A stretch of DNA of 63,474 nucleotides, the filler included, from Nitrospinota bacterium (GTDB lineage: Bacteria; JADFOP01), in NCBI GenBank assembly GCA_022562795.1. It is 4 parts of 4 records of this genome, joined end to end, with 100 filler letters (N's around TTAATTAATTAA, not from the genome) between each part and the next. Parts side by side here need not be neighbours in the genome. Positions count along the whole stretch, not along the records: positions 26,284 to 52,053 come from JADFOP010000033.1; 3 more parts are not named here. The stretch is one strand, 5' to 3'. How positions within the stretch are numbered: position 1 is the first letter of the stretch; each line of letters starts with the position of its first letter. The translations under genes were made by a program, and so were the position numbers. The notes below the pieces were generated by a model. The model was not told the DNA's origin. It saw only the letters and a program-made list of their open reading frames with translations, and ran no database searches. Below are positions 30,172 through 40,635 of this stretch, piece after piece.

Positions 30172-31356
30172 TCAATCGGCCTGCTTGCGAAGAAACGCGG
30201 GCACATCCCACTCCTTTTCATCGTACGAGAGGAAGTCCACGTCCCCGGCGGGGGGAGCCATTTCCGACTCCTTGGGGGCCGACTCATCGTCTGTCGACAG
30301 AGGGGAAAGAGAGTAGCTATCTCCCCCAACCACCTTCAGGCGGGGCCCATTACCATACTCCAGCGCCTCCGCGCCGGAGACCAGGACCTTCGCCGGCGGG
30401 CTGCCGAACCCGGTGGCGATTACGGTGACCCGGATTTCATCGCCCATATCCTCGTCGATGACGCTGCCGAATATGATGTGGGCATCTTCGTGGGCAGCCT
30501 CGAAGACGATGTTTGCAGCCTCGTTGACTTCGAATAGGCTCAGGTCTGGGCCGCCCGTGATGTTGATAAGCACTCCGTGAGCGCCGTCAATCGAGCTCTC
30601 CTCCAGCAGGGGGCTGCAGATAGCCCGCTGGGCCGCCTCGACGGCCCTGCCCTCGCCGACTGCGCTTCCAGCACCCATTAAAGCCATGCCCATCTCGCCC
30701 ATGATGGTCTGGACGTCTGCGAAATCGAGGTTGATGAGGCCCGGCACGGTGATCAGGTCACTGATGCCCTGGACCGCCTGGCGGAGCACGTCGTCGGCAA
30801 TCCTGAAGGCCTCGGTCAGGGGTGTATCCTTGCTGACCACATTGAGCAGCCTCTGGTTGGGGATGGTGATGACCGTGTCCACCTCCGCCTTGAGCTCTGC
30901 AATGCCCTGGTCGGCAATCTTCATCCGCTTTTTGCCCTCAAAGAGGAACGGCTTGGTGACCACCGCCACAACGAGGGCATGCATTTCCCGGGCAATCCGA
31001 GCTATCACCGGGGCCGCCCCGGTGCACGTGCCTCCCCCCATGCCGCCGGTGAGGAAGACCATGTCGGCGCCTTCCAATATCTCGGAGATTTTCTCGGCAT
31101 CCTCGATGGCCGCCCGGCGGCCGGTCTCCGGGTTCGATCCGGCTCCAAGGCCCCGGGTCAACGTTGCGCCGAGCTGTAGCTTCTGCGGCGCGGTCGAGGC
31201 CGAGAGCGACTGGACATCTGTGTTGGCGGTGATAAAATCCACCCCGCCAAGGCTGGCGGCAATCATCGTATTGACGGCGTTCCCGCCACCGCCTCCGATA
31301 CCAATGACCTTGATATCCGCCGTCAAGTATGGCTCTACCACAAACTCAAACACCAT
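30172..31356 (-). CDS. ftsZ: Cell division protein FtsZ
   Basis: [22 protein letters not shown] (variant signature), INLDFADV, C-terminal DVPAFLRK. Confidence 0.98.
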   Translation of the reverse strand: MVFEFVVEPYLTADIKVIGIGGGGGNAVNTMIAASLGGVDFITANTDVQSLSASTAPQKLQLGATLTRGLGAGSNPETGRRAAIEDAEKISEILEGADMVFLTGGMGGGTCTGAAPVIARIAREMHALVVAVVTKPFLFEGKKRMKIADQGIAELKAEVDTVITIPNQRLLNVVSKDTPLTEAFRIADDVLRQAVQGISDLITVPGLINLDFADVQTIMGEMGMALMGAGSAVGEGRAVEAAQRAICSPLLEESSIDGAHGVLINITGGPDLSLFEVNEAANIVFEAAHEDAHIIFGSVIDEDMGDEIRVTVIATGFGSPPAKVLVSGAEALEYGNGPRLKVVGGDSYSLSPLSTDDESAPKESEMAPPAGDVDFLSYDEKEWDVPAFLRKQAD

Positions 31357-31431
31357 CGTATACCTCCTTTGCGCTTCGACTCCTGTTTACGACCCTCCGC
31401 GCATCTCAAACTACCTGAGCCCCTGCGTGGC

Positions 31432-32664
31432 TTAGACCACGGAGCTGACCCAGGACTTCATCCGCTGGAAAACCTTGTTGAATAGGTTGCGGTCCCCGAA
31501 GAAACCCGATCCGTTATTCTCCGTCTGACGCATCCCGTAGAGGACCAAGCCCACTCCGGTCGCGTACATGGGGCTGTTGACGATATCCACGAGGCCCCCG
31601 ACACCGAGCGGCACGCCTTGGCGGACCGGCAGCTCAAAGACCCGCTCGGCGACCTCGACCATGCCCTCCATTATGTTGCTGCCGCCGGTCAAGACAACCC
31701 CCGATGGAATCTGCTCGTAGTAGCCGCTCTTGATAATTTCCATGCGCACGAGGCCGAAGACCTCCTCGGCCCGCGGCTGAACGATGTCGGAGAGGACCCG
31801 TCGGTGGATGACGCGGGGCTCGCGGCCGCCAACCGACGGCACTTCGATGGTCTCGTTTTCATGGACGAGGGCCGTCATAGCGCAGCCGAACTTCTTCTTA
31901 ATCCGCTCGGCCTCGACCGTAGGCGTCCTCAGACCAATGGCGATGTCGTTCGTAATGTGGCTGCCGCCTATGGCCAGCACACCAGTGTGCTTAACCGATC
32001 CGTCTATGAAGACGGCTATATCGGTCGTTCCGCCACCAATGTCCACCAGCGCGACCCCAAGCTCCTTCTCGTCGGGGGTCAAGACGGCCTCGGCCGAAGC
32101 CAGCTGCTCGAGAATGATGTCATTGACCCGAAGCTGAGCCTTTTTGACGCTCTTGACGATGTTCTGGGCGCTCGTGACCGCTGCGGTCACGATGTGGACC
32201 TTCCCTTCCAGGCGCACCCCGCTCATACCGAGGGGCTCTCGAATCCCGTCCTGGTCGTCGATAAGGTACTCCTGGGGAATGACGTGGATGACCTCCCGGT
32301 CGAGGGGCATGGCGATCGCCTTGGCGGCATCGATGACCCTATCGATGTCGGGCTGGGTCACCTCCCTATTCTTGATGGCGATTATGCCGTGGGAGTTGAA
32401 ACCCTTTATGTGGCCCCCGGCAATTCCCACGTAGACGCTCTCCACATCGACCCCAGCCATGAGTTCGGCCTCCTCCACGGCGCCCTTGGCGCTCTCTACC
32501 GTGCTTTCGATATTAACCACCACGCCCTTGCGAAGCCCCTTGGAGGGATGGGTGCCGATGCCTACTATATCGAGTTGGCCGTCCTCGCCGGGCTCGCCGA
32601 TGATCGCACAAATCTTGGTCGTCCCGATGTCCAGGCCACAAACCATTTCTCCTCTTCGTGTCAT
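31432..32664 (-). CDS. ftsA: Cell division protein FtsA
   Basis: GLDIGTTKI, PLGMSGVRLE, DIGGGTTD, VLTGG, YATGVGL. Confidence 0.97.
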   Translation of the reverse strand: MTRRGEMVCGLDIGTTKICAIIGEPGEDGQLDIVGIGTHPSKGLRKGVVVNIESTVESAKGAVEEAELMAGVDVESVYVGIAGGHIKGFNSHGIIAIKNREVTQPDIDRVIDAAKAIAMPLDREVIHVIPQEYLIDDQDGIREPLGMSGVRLEGKVHIVTAAVTSAQNIVKSVKKAQLRVNDIILEQLASAEAVLTPDEKELGVALVDIGGGTTDIAVFIDGSVKHTGVLAIGGSHITNDIAIGLRTPTVEAERIKKKFGCAMTALVHENETIEVPSVGGREPRVIHRRVLSDIVQPRAEEVFGLVRMEIIKSGYYEQIPSGVVLTGGSNIMEGMVEVAERVFELPVRQGVPLGVGGLVDIVNSPMYATGVGLVLYGMRQTENNGSGFFGDRNLFNKVFQRMKSWVSSVV

Positions 32665-32721
32665 TTTCTCACCTCCTTTCTTCGAGGCTAGCCCGCTTCC
32701 GGGTCAGCCGTGTTCGTCCGA

Positions 32722-33606
32722 TCAGACCCCTTTGTCCTTGTCACCGCTCTTGACGATGACCCGTCTGTCAAACGAAAGATCGATGTATCGAATGTTCCCG
32801 TGGCGACGCTTAAGCTCCGCCGCAAGCGTCTTGAGACGGGCGAATTTCTTCTCCAGATCCCCTCCACGCACCGCCACGACGGCTTGACTGCCCCGTCCCT
32901 TGAGGACGATGCGGCCCGTATAAGTACAATCGACCACGGCGAGGGACCGCCGCCCCATGAGGGGCAAACCTTCGGTCGCCTGGAGAACAGCCAGGCCGGA
33001 GGCGACCTTCGGATCGGCAAAACGGATGCCCGGATTCGGCGCCGGGCCTCGAGCGCCAACTAGAACGGGAAAGCGAAGGCGGTCATCGGCCTCTGCAGCC
33101 CGAAGCACCATGCCCTCTCCATCCACCAGGACCTCCACAGCACCACTCCGGCCCGGGGCCCTCACCACCGCAACCGCCTCCCGCTCGACCACCTCTACAA
33201 TGAGGCGACCTGGCAAATGACGTTCCAATTTGACCCTTTCAACCCACGGCTCGGCGAGCAGGCGGGAGGTTGCCTCGCTCAAATCCAGCGCCAAGAGGTT
33301 CGGAGCCGGCTCCAGCCCCGTCCGCTTTAGCAGTCCCTCCCGCTCAAGGTTCTTAAGCCCCCGGACCTCGATATCGGATGCCAGAAAGAGCGGCGACGAA
33401 GCGCCAATCACCGTTGCCGCCCAGACGAGCGCAACCACTGCGGCCACGGGCCCGCCGACCTTGAGGAGCACCCGCCCCCACCAGATGGCCGCGCGGGCGG
33501 GATCGAGCCAGCGCGACACGCGCCTCTTAAAGAGGCCCCATCGGCGCTTCCGGGCCTGCGCCCGCCCAGAGGACAGCCCCTTCTTCTTGCGCTTCACCTT
33601 TATCAT
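32722..33606 (-). CDS. ftsQ: Cell division protein FtsQ/DivIB
   Basis: Basic N-terminus, one TM segment, POTRA-like PWVERV..R.LP..L.V.V.ER, YIDLSF; position before ftsA. Confidence 0.88.
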   Translation of the reverse strand: MIKVKRKKKGLSSGRAQARKRRWGLFKRRVSRWLDPARAAIWWGRVLLKVGGPVAAVVALVWAATVIGASSPLFLASDIEVRGLKNLEREGLLKRTGLEPAPNLLALDLSEATSRLLAEPWVERVKLERHLPGRLIVEVVEREAVAVVRAPGRSGAVEVLVDGEGMVLRAAEADDRLRFPVLVGARGPAPNPGIRFADPKVASGLAVLQATEGLPLMGRRSLAVVDCTYTGRIVLKGRGSQAVVAVRGGDLEKKFARLKTLAAELKRRHGNIRYIDLSFDRRVIVKSGDKDKGV

Positions 33607-34553
33607 CCAGGCTCTCCGACGACCCTGATCTCTAGCTCCAGGGCAACCCCCGATGAGGCCTCAACCATGCTCCGGACCTCTGCGATTAGAGTTTCGATCT
33701 CTGCGGCAGTCGCCCCGCCCGTGTTGATGAAGAAGTTGGCGTGCTTGGTGGAGACCTGGGCCCGACCGACGGTGAGGCCCTTGCAGCCGGCCTCCTCGAT
33801 TAGGCGGCCTGCGTGGTCGCCCGGCGGATTCTTAAACATGCTTCCTGCGCAGGCCTCGCCCACCGGCTGTCTCCTTAGCCGCTCGCGGGTCATGCTCTTC
33901 ATGACTTTCTGTATGTCGGCCGGGTTAGCGACGGGAAGCCGCCAGCGGCCCTCCACGATGATGGAGTCCGGTGGAAAGGCCGTCTGCCGGTAGGCGAAGC
34001 CGCATTCCTTTTTGGTAAGCCACCGAAGCTCGCCCTCCCGGTCTACCACCTCGACCCCGATTGCCCGATCTCCAACCTCCCCCTCTGGGGTGCCGGCGTT
34101 CATTCTAAAGGCCCCGCCCACGGTGCCCGGGATGGCGACTGCAAACTCCAGTCCGGTAAGCCCGCGGCGGGCCGCCGTGGCCACAAGGGTCGAGGCGGCC
34201 ACTCCCGCCTCGGCGGCAAGCACCCCTTCGTCCTCGTTCTGCTCAACGAGCCAGCATCGCTTAAGCGCCGGGGCCGGATGGAGAACGAGGCCCCGGATAC
34301 CGCCGTCTCGCACCAAGAGGTTGCTCCCGCCGCCCAGCACGACGTATCCTTCGCCCATCTCTCGGCAGATGCGAACCGCAGCCGCCAAGTCCTCCTTATC
34401 GGCCGGGGCATAAAAGAGGTCCGCCGACCCCCCAATCCTAAAAGTCGTATGTGGGGCCATGGATTTAGCGGCCCAGAGCTGCCCTCGCCCTTCGGCCTCA
34501 AGGCGCCTATAGAGAGCCGTGGCGCTAAAATCGGCATGAGCGGTCACCGTCAT
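33603..34553 (-). CDS. murB: UDP-N-acetylmuramate dehydrogenase MurB
   Basis: HTTFRIGG, LGGGSNLL, IPGTVGG..MNAG, AGSMFKNP, KHANF. Confidence 0.95.
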   Translation of the reverse strand: MTVTAHADFSATALYRRLEAEGRGQLWAAKSMAPHTTFRIGGSADLFYAPADKEDLAAAVRICREMGEGYVVLGGGSNLLVRDGGIRGLVLHPAPALKRCWLVEQNEDEGVLAAEAGVAASTLVATAARRGLTGLEFAVAIPGTVGGAFRMNAGTPEGEVGDRAIGVEVVDREGELRWLTKKECGFAYRQTAFPPDSIIVEGRWRLPVANPADIQKVMKSMTRERLRRQPVGEACAGSMFKNPPGDHAGRLIEEAGCKGLTVGRAQVSTKHANFFINTGGATAAEIETLIAEVRSMVEASSGVALELEIRVVGEPG

Positions 34554-34557
34554 ACCC

Positions 34558-35937
34558 TCACCCATCCTCTCCCATACTAGCGATGAGGGCCTCGCCCACC
34601 TTCCAGACATCGCCCGCCCCGAGGGTGAGCAGCAAATCGCCCGGTCGCAACCGCTCCTCCAGGAGAGGGAGAACGTCGCTCACGTCCTCGACGTAGGAGA
34701 CATCCCGGTGCCCATGCATCTTCACCCCTTCGTGGATCTGTCGGCCGCTGACCCCAGGGATAGGGGCCTCCCCAGCGGGGTATATACCGGTGGTGATAAG
34801 CACATCGGCCTCGTTAAAGGCCGAGAAGAAGTCCCTGAGGAGGTATTGGGTGCGGCTGTATCGGTGTGGTTGGAAGACTACCACCAGGCGGCGCTCGCCC
34901 CAGCCGTCCTTGGCTGCCTTCAGAGTCGCTCGGATCTCCGCCGGGTGGTGTCCGTAGTCGTCCACAACCATTACCCCCTGTAGCTCGGCCTTGATTTGGA
35001 AGCGGCGCTCGATGCCGCCGAACTCGGCCAGAGCATCGGCAATGACGCCAAAGTCCAAATCCAGCTCCAATCCCACCGCGACAGCGGCAAGGCTGTTCAA
35101 TACGTTGTGGACCCCCGGAATTTGGAGCCGCACGCGACCGAGGGGTCGGCCCTGATACCTCGCCGTGTAACTCGTCTCGGCGCCCTTGCGCTCAATCTCG
35201 CTACCCAGAAAGTCCGCCTGGCTCGACAACCCATAGGTGACAACCCGCCTCTCAATCCTCGGGATGAGCTCCTGGATGTGGGGCTCATCAAGACATAGGA
35301 CGGCGAGCCCGTAGAACGGAACCTTGTTAATGAACGATAAAAACGTCTCCTGAAGGTGGGCCAGGTCGCGGTAGAAATCGAGATGCTCCTCATCGATGGT
35401 TGTGACCACGGCCACGGTGGGCGAAAGGTTGAGAAAGGAGCCGTCGCTCTCATCGGCCTCCGCCACCAGATAGCGGCCCTGTCCTAGCCGCGCGTTGGTT
35501 CCCCACACATTTAGGCGCCCGCCAATTACAATGGTCGGGTCGAGACCCCCGTGGCTGAGCACGCTCGCCACGAGGCTCGTGGTCGTAGTCTTGCCGTGGG
35601 TGCCGGCAATGGCGATGCCGTACTTCATTCGCATCAGCTCGGCGAGCATCTCCGCCCGGCGGATGACGGGAATCTTGCGCTCCCGGGCCGCCTCCACCTC
35701 AACGTTGTCGGGCCCCACGGCCGAGGAGATGACGACAACGTCCGCCTCACCCACGTTTTCCGCGCTGTGGAAGCCGACGACGGTGGCGCCCAGCTCCGCG
35801 AGCCGACGCGTGATGGGCGTCTCCTCGAGGTCAGAGCCGCTAACCCTGTAGCCCAAATTGAGGAGGACCTCGGCGATTCCGCTCATGCCGATCCCGCCGA
35901 TCCCAACGAAATGAACCTGCTGGGTTTTGCCTAGCAT
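34558..35937 (-). CDS. murC: UDP-N-acetylmuramate--L-alanine ligase MurC
   Basis: [44 protein letters not shown]. Confidence 0.97.
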   Translation of the reverse strand: MLGKTQQVHFVGIGGIGMSGIAEVLLNLGYRVSGSDLEETPITRRLAELGATVVGFHSAENVGEADVVVISSAVGPDNVEVEAARERKIPVIRRAEMLAELMRMKYGIAIAGTHGKTTTTSLVASVLSHGGLDPTIVIGGRLNVWGTNARLGQGRYLVAEADESDGSFLNLSPTVAVVTTIDEEHLDFYRDLAHLQETFLSFINKVPFYGLAVLCLDEPHIQELIPRIERRVVTYGLSSQADFLGSEIERKGAETSYTARYQGRPLGRVRLQIPGVHNVLNSLAAVAVGLELDLDFGVIADALAEFGGIERRFQIKAELQGVMVVDDYGHHPAEIRATLKAAKDGWGERRLVVVFQPHRYSRTQYLLRDFFSAFNEADVLITTGIYPAGEAPIPGVSGRQIHEGVKMHGHRDVSYVEDVSDVLPLLEERLRPGDLLLTLGAGDVWKVGEALIASMGEDG

Positions 35938-35941
35938 TGCC

Positions 35942-37033
35942 TCAAGCCGCCTCCTTAATGAGTTTGAGCCCCAAGTCGACGATCCGCTCGGCCGCATCCG
36001 TGACCCGGAGCCGTCGGCAGGCCGCCACCATCGACTCTCGCCGTTCGGGCTCCTCCAGCAATCGCCGCACCGATGAAGCGAGCCTCGGGCCGTCGCACTC
36101 TTCGTCGAGCAGAACCTCGGCCGCCCCATGGGCCTCCACCGCACGGGCGTTGATCTCTTGATGTCGGTGGGCGGCGTGGGGGAAGGGGACGAGGATGGCC
36201 GGCAACAAAGCGGCCAGCACCTCAGCCACCGTCATTGCCCCCGCCCGACAGACGACCAGGTCGGCCTCCCGGTAGCGGGCGGCCATGTCGTAGAAGAAGG
36301 GCTCCACCTCGGCCCCGCCCGGCCAGGCTTCGTAAGTCATCTTGACCTCCTGGTGGTGGCGGTGGCCAGCCTGATGGACAATGCGCAGACGGCCTTGGTA
36401 GTCCATCAGCGCTCCCAGGGCTTCACCCATAGCCCGGTTGAGGCGGACCGAGCCCTGGGAGCCGCCGAAGACGAGCAAGGTCCACGGAGGCTCGCGCCTA
36501 ACAAGGCGGTCTTGGGCGACGGCGTCGACCAACTCGCGCCGGAGGGGGTTGCCGGTCACCACAACCTTATCGGCCGGGAAGAACTGGCTGCTCTCGGCGA
36601 AGGCCACGCATATGACGCGGGCCAGGCGAGCGAGCCAGCGGTTCGTCACCCCCGGATAGAAGTTTTGCTCCTGGAGGAGCACCGGCACCCCTCGCTTGGC
36701 CGCCACCCAGATGGCAGGCCCAGCGACGTAGCCGCCGACACCGACGGCTAGGTCCGGCCGGAAGCGCCCCACAATTTTCCATGCCTGGGCGATCCCCACG
36801 GGAAGGCGGGCCGCCCCCGCCAGACGGGCGGGTGCGCTCTTGCCGACGACGCCGCTCGCCGTGATGGTCTCCAAGTTGAAGCCCTCGCGGGGCACGACGG
36901 TCGCCTCGAGCCCGTTCCTGGTGCCAACGAAGAGCACCTCTCCAGCAGGCTCCCGTCGGAGAAACTCCTTGGCAATGGCGATCCCCGGGTAGAGATGCCC
37001 TCCCGTGCCTCCGCCGGCAATGAGCACGCGCAT
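35942..37033 (-). CDS. murG: Lipid II glycosyltransferase MurG
   Basis: [35 protein letters not shown]. Confidence 0.96.
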   Translation of the reverse strand: MRVLIAGGGTGGHLYPGIAIAKEFLRREPAGEVLFVGTRNGLEATVVPREGFNLETITASGVVGKSAPARLAGAARLPVGIAQAWKIVGRFRPDLAVGVGGYVAGPAIWVAAKRGVPVLLQEQNFYPGVTNRWLARLARVICVAFAESSQFFPADKVVVTGNPLRRELVDAVAQDRLVRREPPWTLLVFGGSQGSVRLNRAMGEALGALMDYQGRLRIVHQAGHRHHQEVKMTYEAWPGGAEVEPFFYDMAARYREADLVVCRAGAMTVAEVLAALLPAILVPFPHAAHRHQEINARAVEAHGAAEVLLDEECDGPRLASSVRRLLEEPERRESMVAACRRLRVTDAAERIVDLGLKLIKEAA

Positions 37034-38163
37034 CAGCGGAGCCCTCCCGACCGCTCGGCCCGGCGCGATAGATTCAACAGGAGCCCCACGGCCAGGCAGG
37101 TGACCACCAGCGAGGAGCCACCTATGCTGATGAACGGCAAAGGCAACCCCTTGGTGGGCAGCAACCCCACGACGACCCCCATGTTGATGAGGGCCTGCAG
37201 GGCGATGAACGCCGTACATCCCCCGGCAAGGTAGGCTCCGTAGGCATCGGGGTATCGGGAAGCGAGACGAAGGCCCCGCCAGATTAGAATGCCGAAGAGC
37301 AAACAGAGCCCCGTTGCGCCAATGAACCCCAACTCTTCTCCCACAACGGCGAAGATGAAATCGGTGTGCGCCTCGGGCAGGTAGAAGAGCTTCTGGGTGC
37401 CCCGGCCCAGGCCCTGGCCGAAAAGCCCGCCCCGGCCCAGGGCCAGGTAGGACTGGACCATCTGAAAGCCCGTGCCCGAGGGGTCGGCCCAGGGGTTCAA
37501 GAAGGACAGGAGGCGGCGGCGGCGGTATCCGGCTGAGGCCACGGCGACCGCCAGGACTGGCACGACGGCTGCGGCCGCCCCCGCGAGGTAGCTCCACGGT
37601 ATCCCCCCCAGGACGAGCATGACCGCCACCACGGCGCCGATGAGGATGGCCGTGCCCAGGTCGGGCTCGACCAAAACGAGGGCCACGAGGATGCCCGGCA
37701 CGACCATTCCCTTGAGGTAGACAGACAACGCCTCGCGCCTACAATCCTCCCGGCCGGCGAGCCAGCGGGCGAGATACAGCACACAGACGAGCTTCGCAAA
37801 TTCCGAGGGCTGGACGGACAGAGGGCCAACGGGCAGCCACCGCTGCGCGCCTCCCACAGCGCGGCCGACCCCAGGTATCAGCACTAACCCTAATAGGGCG
37901 GCCACAACGACAACGGCGGGCATCGTCCAGCGCTTGACCCATTCCAGGTTCACGACGGCGGCGCACCCCATGGCCACCAGCCCGAGGGCGAGCCAGACGG
38001 ACTGGCGCTTCACGAAGTAGTAGGTGTCCTTGTAGCGCTCGAGGGCGACGATGGCGCTCGAGCTGTTTACCATCACCAGCCCCACGGTGAGCAGCATAAG
38101 GACCGTAAAGAGGATGACGGGGTCAACCCGGGCCTTTTCGGGAAGCGTCAACACCCTTTTCAT
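37033..38163 (-). CDS. ftsW: SEDS peptidoglycan polymerase FtsW
   Basis: GAQRW, QPSEFAK, EPDLGT, LPEAHTDFIF, PTKGLPLPFISIGGSS. Confidence 0.96.
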   Translation of the reverse strand: MKRVLTLPEKARVDPVILFTVLMLLTVGLVMVNSSSAIVALERYKDTYYFVKRQSVWLALGLVAMGCAAVVNLEWVKRWTMPAVVVVAALLGLVLIPGVGRAVGGAQRWLPVGPLSVQPSEFAKLVCVLYLARWLAGREDCRREALSVYLKGMVVPGILVALVLVEPDLGTAILIGAVVAVMLVLGGIPWSYLAGAAAAVVPVLAVAVASAGYRRRRLLSFLNPWADPSGTGFQMVQSYLALGRGGLFGQGLGRGTQKLFYLPEAHTDFIFAVVGEELGFIGATGLCLLFGILIWRGLRLASRYPDAYGAYLAGGCTAFIALQALINMGVVVGLLPTKGLPLPFISIGGSSLVVTCLAVGLLLNLSRRAERSGGLR

Positions 38164-39536
38164 CGCAGCCCCTTCACCGCGGCCTTGAAAGAGAGGCCAC
38201 GCTCCTCGAAATCCCGAAACGAATCGAAACTGGCGCACGCCGGACTCAAGAGCACAACATCTCCGGGCTTGGCCATCAAAAATGCCGTGCTAACAGCCGC
38301 CTCAAGGTTTTCGGCCCGCTCGACGAAGGCGTATCCGTTCAAAATCAGCGAAAGGCGCTCGGCCGCCTCCCCTATGAGGACGACAGCCCGGACCTTCTTA
38401 GATACGAGCCCGCAGAGGGGGGAGAAATCGCTCCCCTTGTCTTGCCCTCCGGCGATGAGGACGACGGGCCGATCCACGCTCTTAAGGGCGTTCATAACGG
38501 CCCCGACGTTTGTACCTTTGCTGTCGTTTATGAAGGTCACCCCTTCGATGGTGGCCACCTCCTCCATCCGGTGCTCGAGCCCGACGAAGCGCCCCAGCAC
38601 CTCGACCATTTGATCGGGTGCGACACCCATCAAGAAGGCCACGCAGGTGGCCGCAAGAACGTTTTCCACGTTCCGCTTAGCATCCGCCGAGAGGGCCTCC
38701 AGTCCGTACAAGTGCTCTTCACGACCATTCTCCCTCCAGCGGACCTCCTCCCCATGGCGGAAAGCGCCCCGGTCAACGGGCCCATCGGCGCGGAAGGCGA
38801 ATCGACGGCTTCGCCCCTCCCGCCCCCAGCCGAGCAGAAGAGGGTCGCCATCGTTGAGCACCACACTGTCGGTGATCCCCTGGGCGGCGTAGATGCGCCG
38901 CTTGAGATCCGCATAGGCCCCGAATGAGCCGTGGCGGTCGAGGTGATCTTCCGTAACGTTCAAGACCAAAGCGATCGAGGGCCGAAAGTCCCGGACCCCC
39001 TCGATCTGAAAGGTGGATACCTCGGCCAATAGATAGTCGGCGTCGGCCGCCTCTTCGACGAGGCCCGCCACCGGGGTGCCAATGTTGCCGCCCACTACCA
39101 CCCGCAGGCCCGCGGCTTGGGCCATCTGTCCGATGAGCGTGGTGGTGGTCGATTTCCCGTTGGAGCCGGTCACCGCCACCCAAGGGATGTCCAGGAGCCG
39201 CCAGGCCAGCTCAATCTCACTGATAACCTCCACCCCGGCCTCCCGGGCCGCCGCCAGGGGTGGGGCGTCCCACGCGACCCCGGGGCTCGTCACCACCAGA
39301 TGGGCCCGGCGGAAGAGCTCCAGGGGGTGGCCGCCGAAGGCGGACTCCACACCATCGGGAAGAGCCGCCGCCGCCTCGCCGAGCTCCGAGGAGGCCTTGG
39401 CGTCCGAGACGGTCACCCGGGCCCCTAGGCCCGCCAGGAGCCTTGTAGTCGCGACACCCGTCCGCCCCAGACCGACCACCACAACTCGGCGGCCGTTTAA
39501 GCTTCGGGCGTACGCGCTCTGCTCGATGGTCTTCAC
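38160..39536 (-). CDS. murD: MurD ligase
   Basis: TGSNGKSTT, GGNIG, DHLDRH, HRME, NDSKGTN, LSPACASFD. Confidence 0.96.
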   Translation of the reverse strand: MKTIEQSAYARSLNGRRVVVVGLGRTGVATTRLLAGLGARVTVSDAKASSELGEAAAALPDGVESAFGGHPLELFRRAHLVVTSPGVAWDAPPLAAAREAGVEVISEIELAWRLLDIPWVAVTGSNGKSTTTTLIGQMAQAAGLRVVVGGNIGTPVAGLVEEAADADYLLAEVSTFQIEGVRDFRPSIALVLNVTEDHLDRHGSFGAYADLKRRIYAAQGITDSVVLNDGDPLLLGWGREGRSRRFAFRADGPVDRGAFRHGEEVRWRENGREEHLYGLEALSADAKRNVENVLAATCVAFLMGVAPDQMVEVLGRFVGLEHRMEEVATIEGVTFINDSKGTNVGAVMNALKSVDRPVVLIAGGQDKGSDFSPLCGLVSKKVRAVVLIGEAAERLSLILNGYAFVERAENLEAAVSTAFLMAKPGDVVLLSPACASFDSFRDFEERGLSFKAAVKGLR

Positions 39537-39546
39537 GGCTTCTCCC

Positions 39547-40635
39547 CTAACGCAACTTCAGGGTAGATAAGCTCAGCAGGGCGAGGACGATGGCGATTAT
39601 CCAGAACCGGACGATCACCTTCGGCTCCTCCCAGCCCTTGACCTCAAAATGGTGGTGGAGGGGAGCCATCTTGAAGATTCGCTTGCCCCCGCTCCATCGG
39701 AAGTACGCAACCTGCAGGATGACCGATAGGGCTTCGATGACGAACAGCCCCCCCACCACCAACAGCAGGAGTTCGTGTTTGGTAATTACCGCCGCCGTGC
39801 CCAGCAGGCCCCCTAGGGCCAGGGCGCCCACATCTCCCATGAAAATCTCGGCCGGATAGGAGTTGTACCAGAGAAAGCCTAGGCCCGCCCCGATCATGGC
39901 GGCCCCGAAGACCGCCACCTCGCCCGCGCCCCGGATATGGATGATGTTGAGGTACTTGGCAAACCCGCTGTGGCCCGTCACGTAGGCGATGACCACGTAT
40001 GCGACGGTGGCAATTATCACCGGCCCGATGGCCAGCCCATCGAGCCCGTCTGTGATATTGACGGCGTTGCTCACCCCCACGATGACCAGCACGACAAAGG
40101 GGATGTAAAACAGGCCCAGGTCCGGCACCGCCCGCTTGAAGAAGGGAATCGTCAGGTGAGACACAAAGGGGTGGCCGTGGGGGTCGAAGTATAGGAAACA
40201 CGCCACACCGAGCGCCACAACACACTGGGCCGCCAGCTTCTCCCGCACCCCCAGGCCCTTCTTCTCCTTGAGGATGACTTTGCGGTAATCGTCGGCGAAG
40301 CCGATGAGGCCGAAACCGACAGCCGTATAGAGGAGCAACCAGACGTACTTGTTGGTGAGGTCCGCCCACAGGATGACGGAGACGAACAGGGCCAGGAGGA
40401 TGAGCGTCCCGCCCATGGTCGGTGTCCCCTCTTTCGTCAGGTGGGTCTTAGGGCCATCGTCGCGGATGGACTCGCCCAGGGAGTAGCGCCGGTGGAAGGC
40501 GATGAGGACCGGCCCCAACACAAGGCTCACCGCCATCGCGGTCAGAAGGGCGTAGGAGGCCCGGAATGTAATATACCGGAAGACGTTGAATCCAATGAAG
40601 TAGTCCTTCAGAGGGTAGAGGAGATGGTAGAGCAT
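39547..40635 (-). CDS. mraY: Phospho-N-acetylmuramoyl-pentapeptide transferase MraY
   Basis: KEGTPTMGG, NAVNITDGLDGL, FMGDVG, MAPLHHHFE. Confidence 0.97.
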   Translation of the reverse strand: MLYHLLYPLKDYFIGFNVFRYITFRASYALLTAMAVSLVLGPVLIAFHRRYSLGESIRDDGPKTHLTKEGTPTMGGTLILLALFVSVILWADLTNKYVWLLLYTAVGFGLIGFADDYRKVILKEKKGLGVREKLAAQCVVALGVACFLYFDPHGHPFVSHLTIPFFKRAVPDLGLFYIPFVVLVIVGVSNAVNITDGLDGLAIGPVIIATVAYVVIAYVTGHSGFAKYLNIIHIRGAGEVAVFGAAMIGAGLGFLWYNSYPAEIFMGDVGALALGGLLGTAAVITKHELLLLVVGGLFVIEALSVILQVAYFRWSGGKRIFKMAPLHHHFEVKGWEEPKVIVRFWIIAIVLALLSLSTLKLR

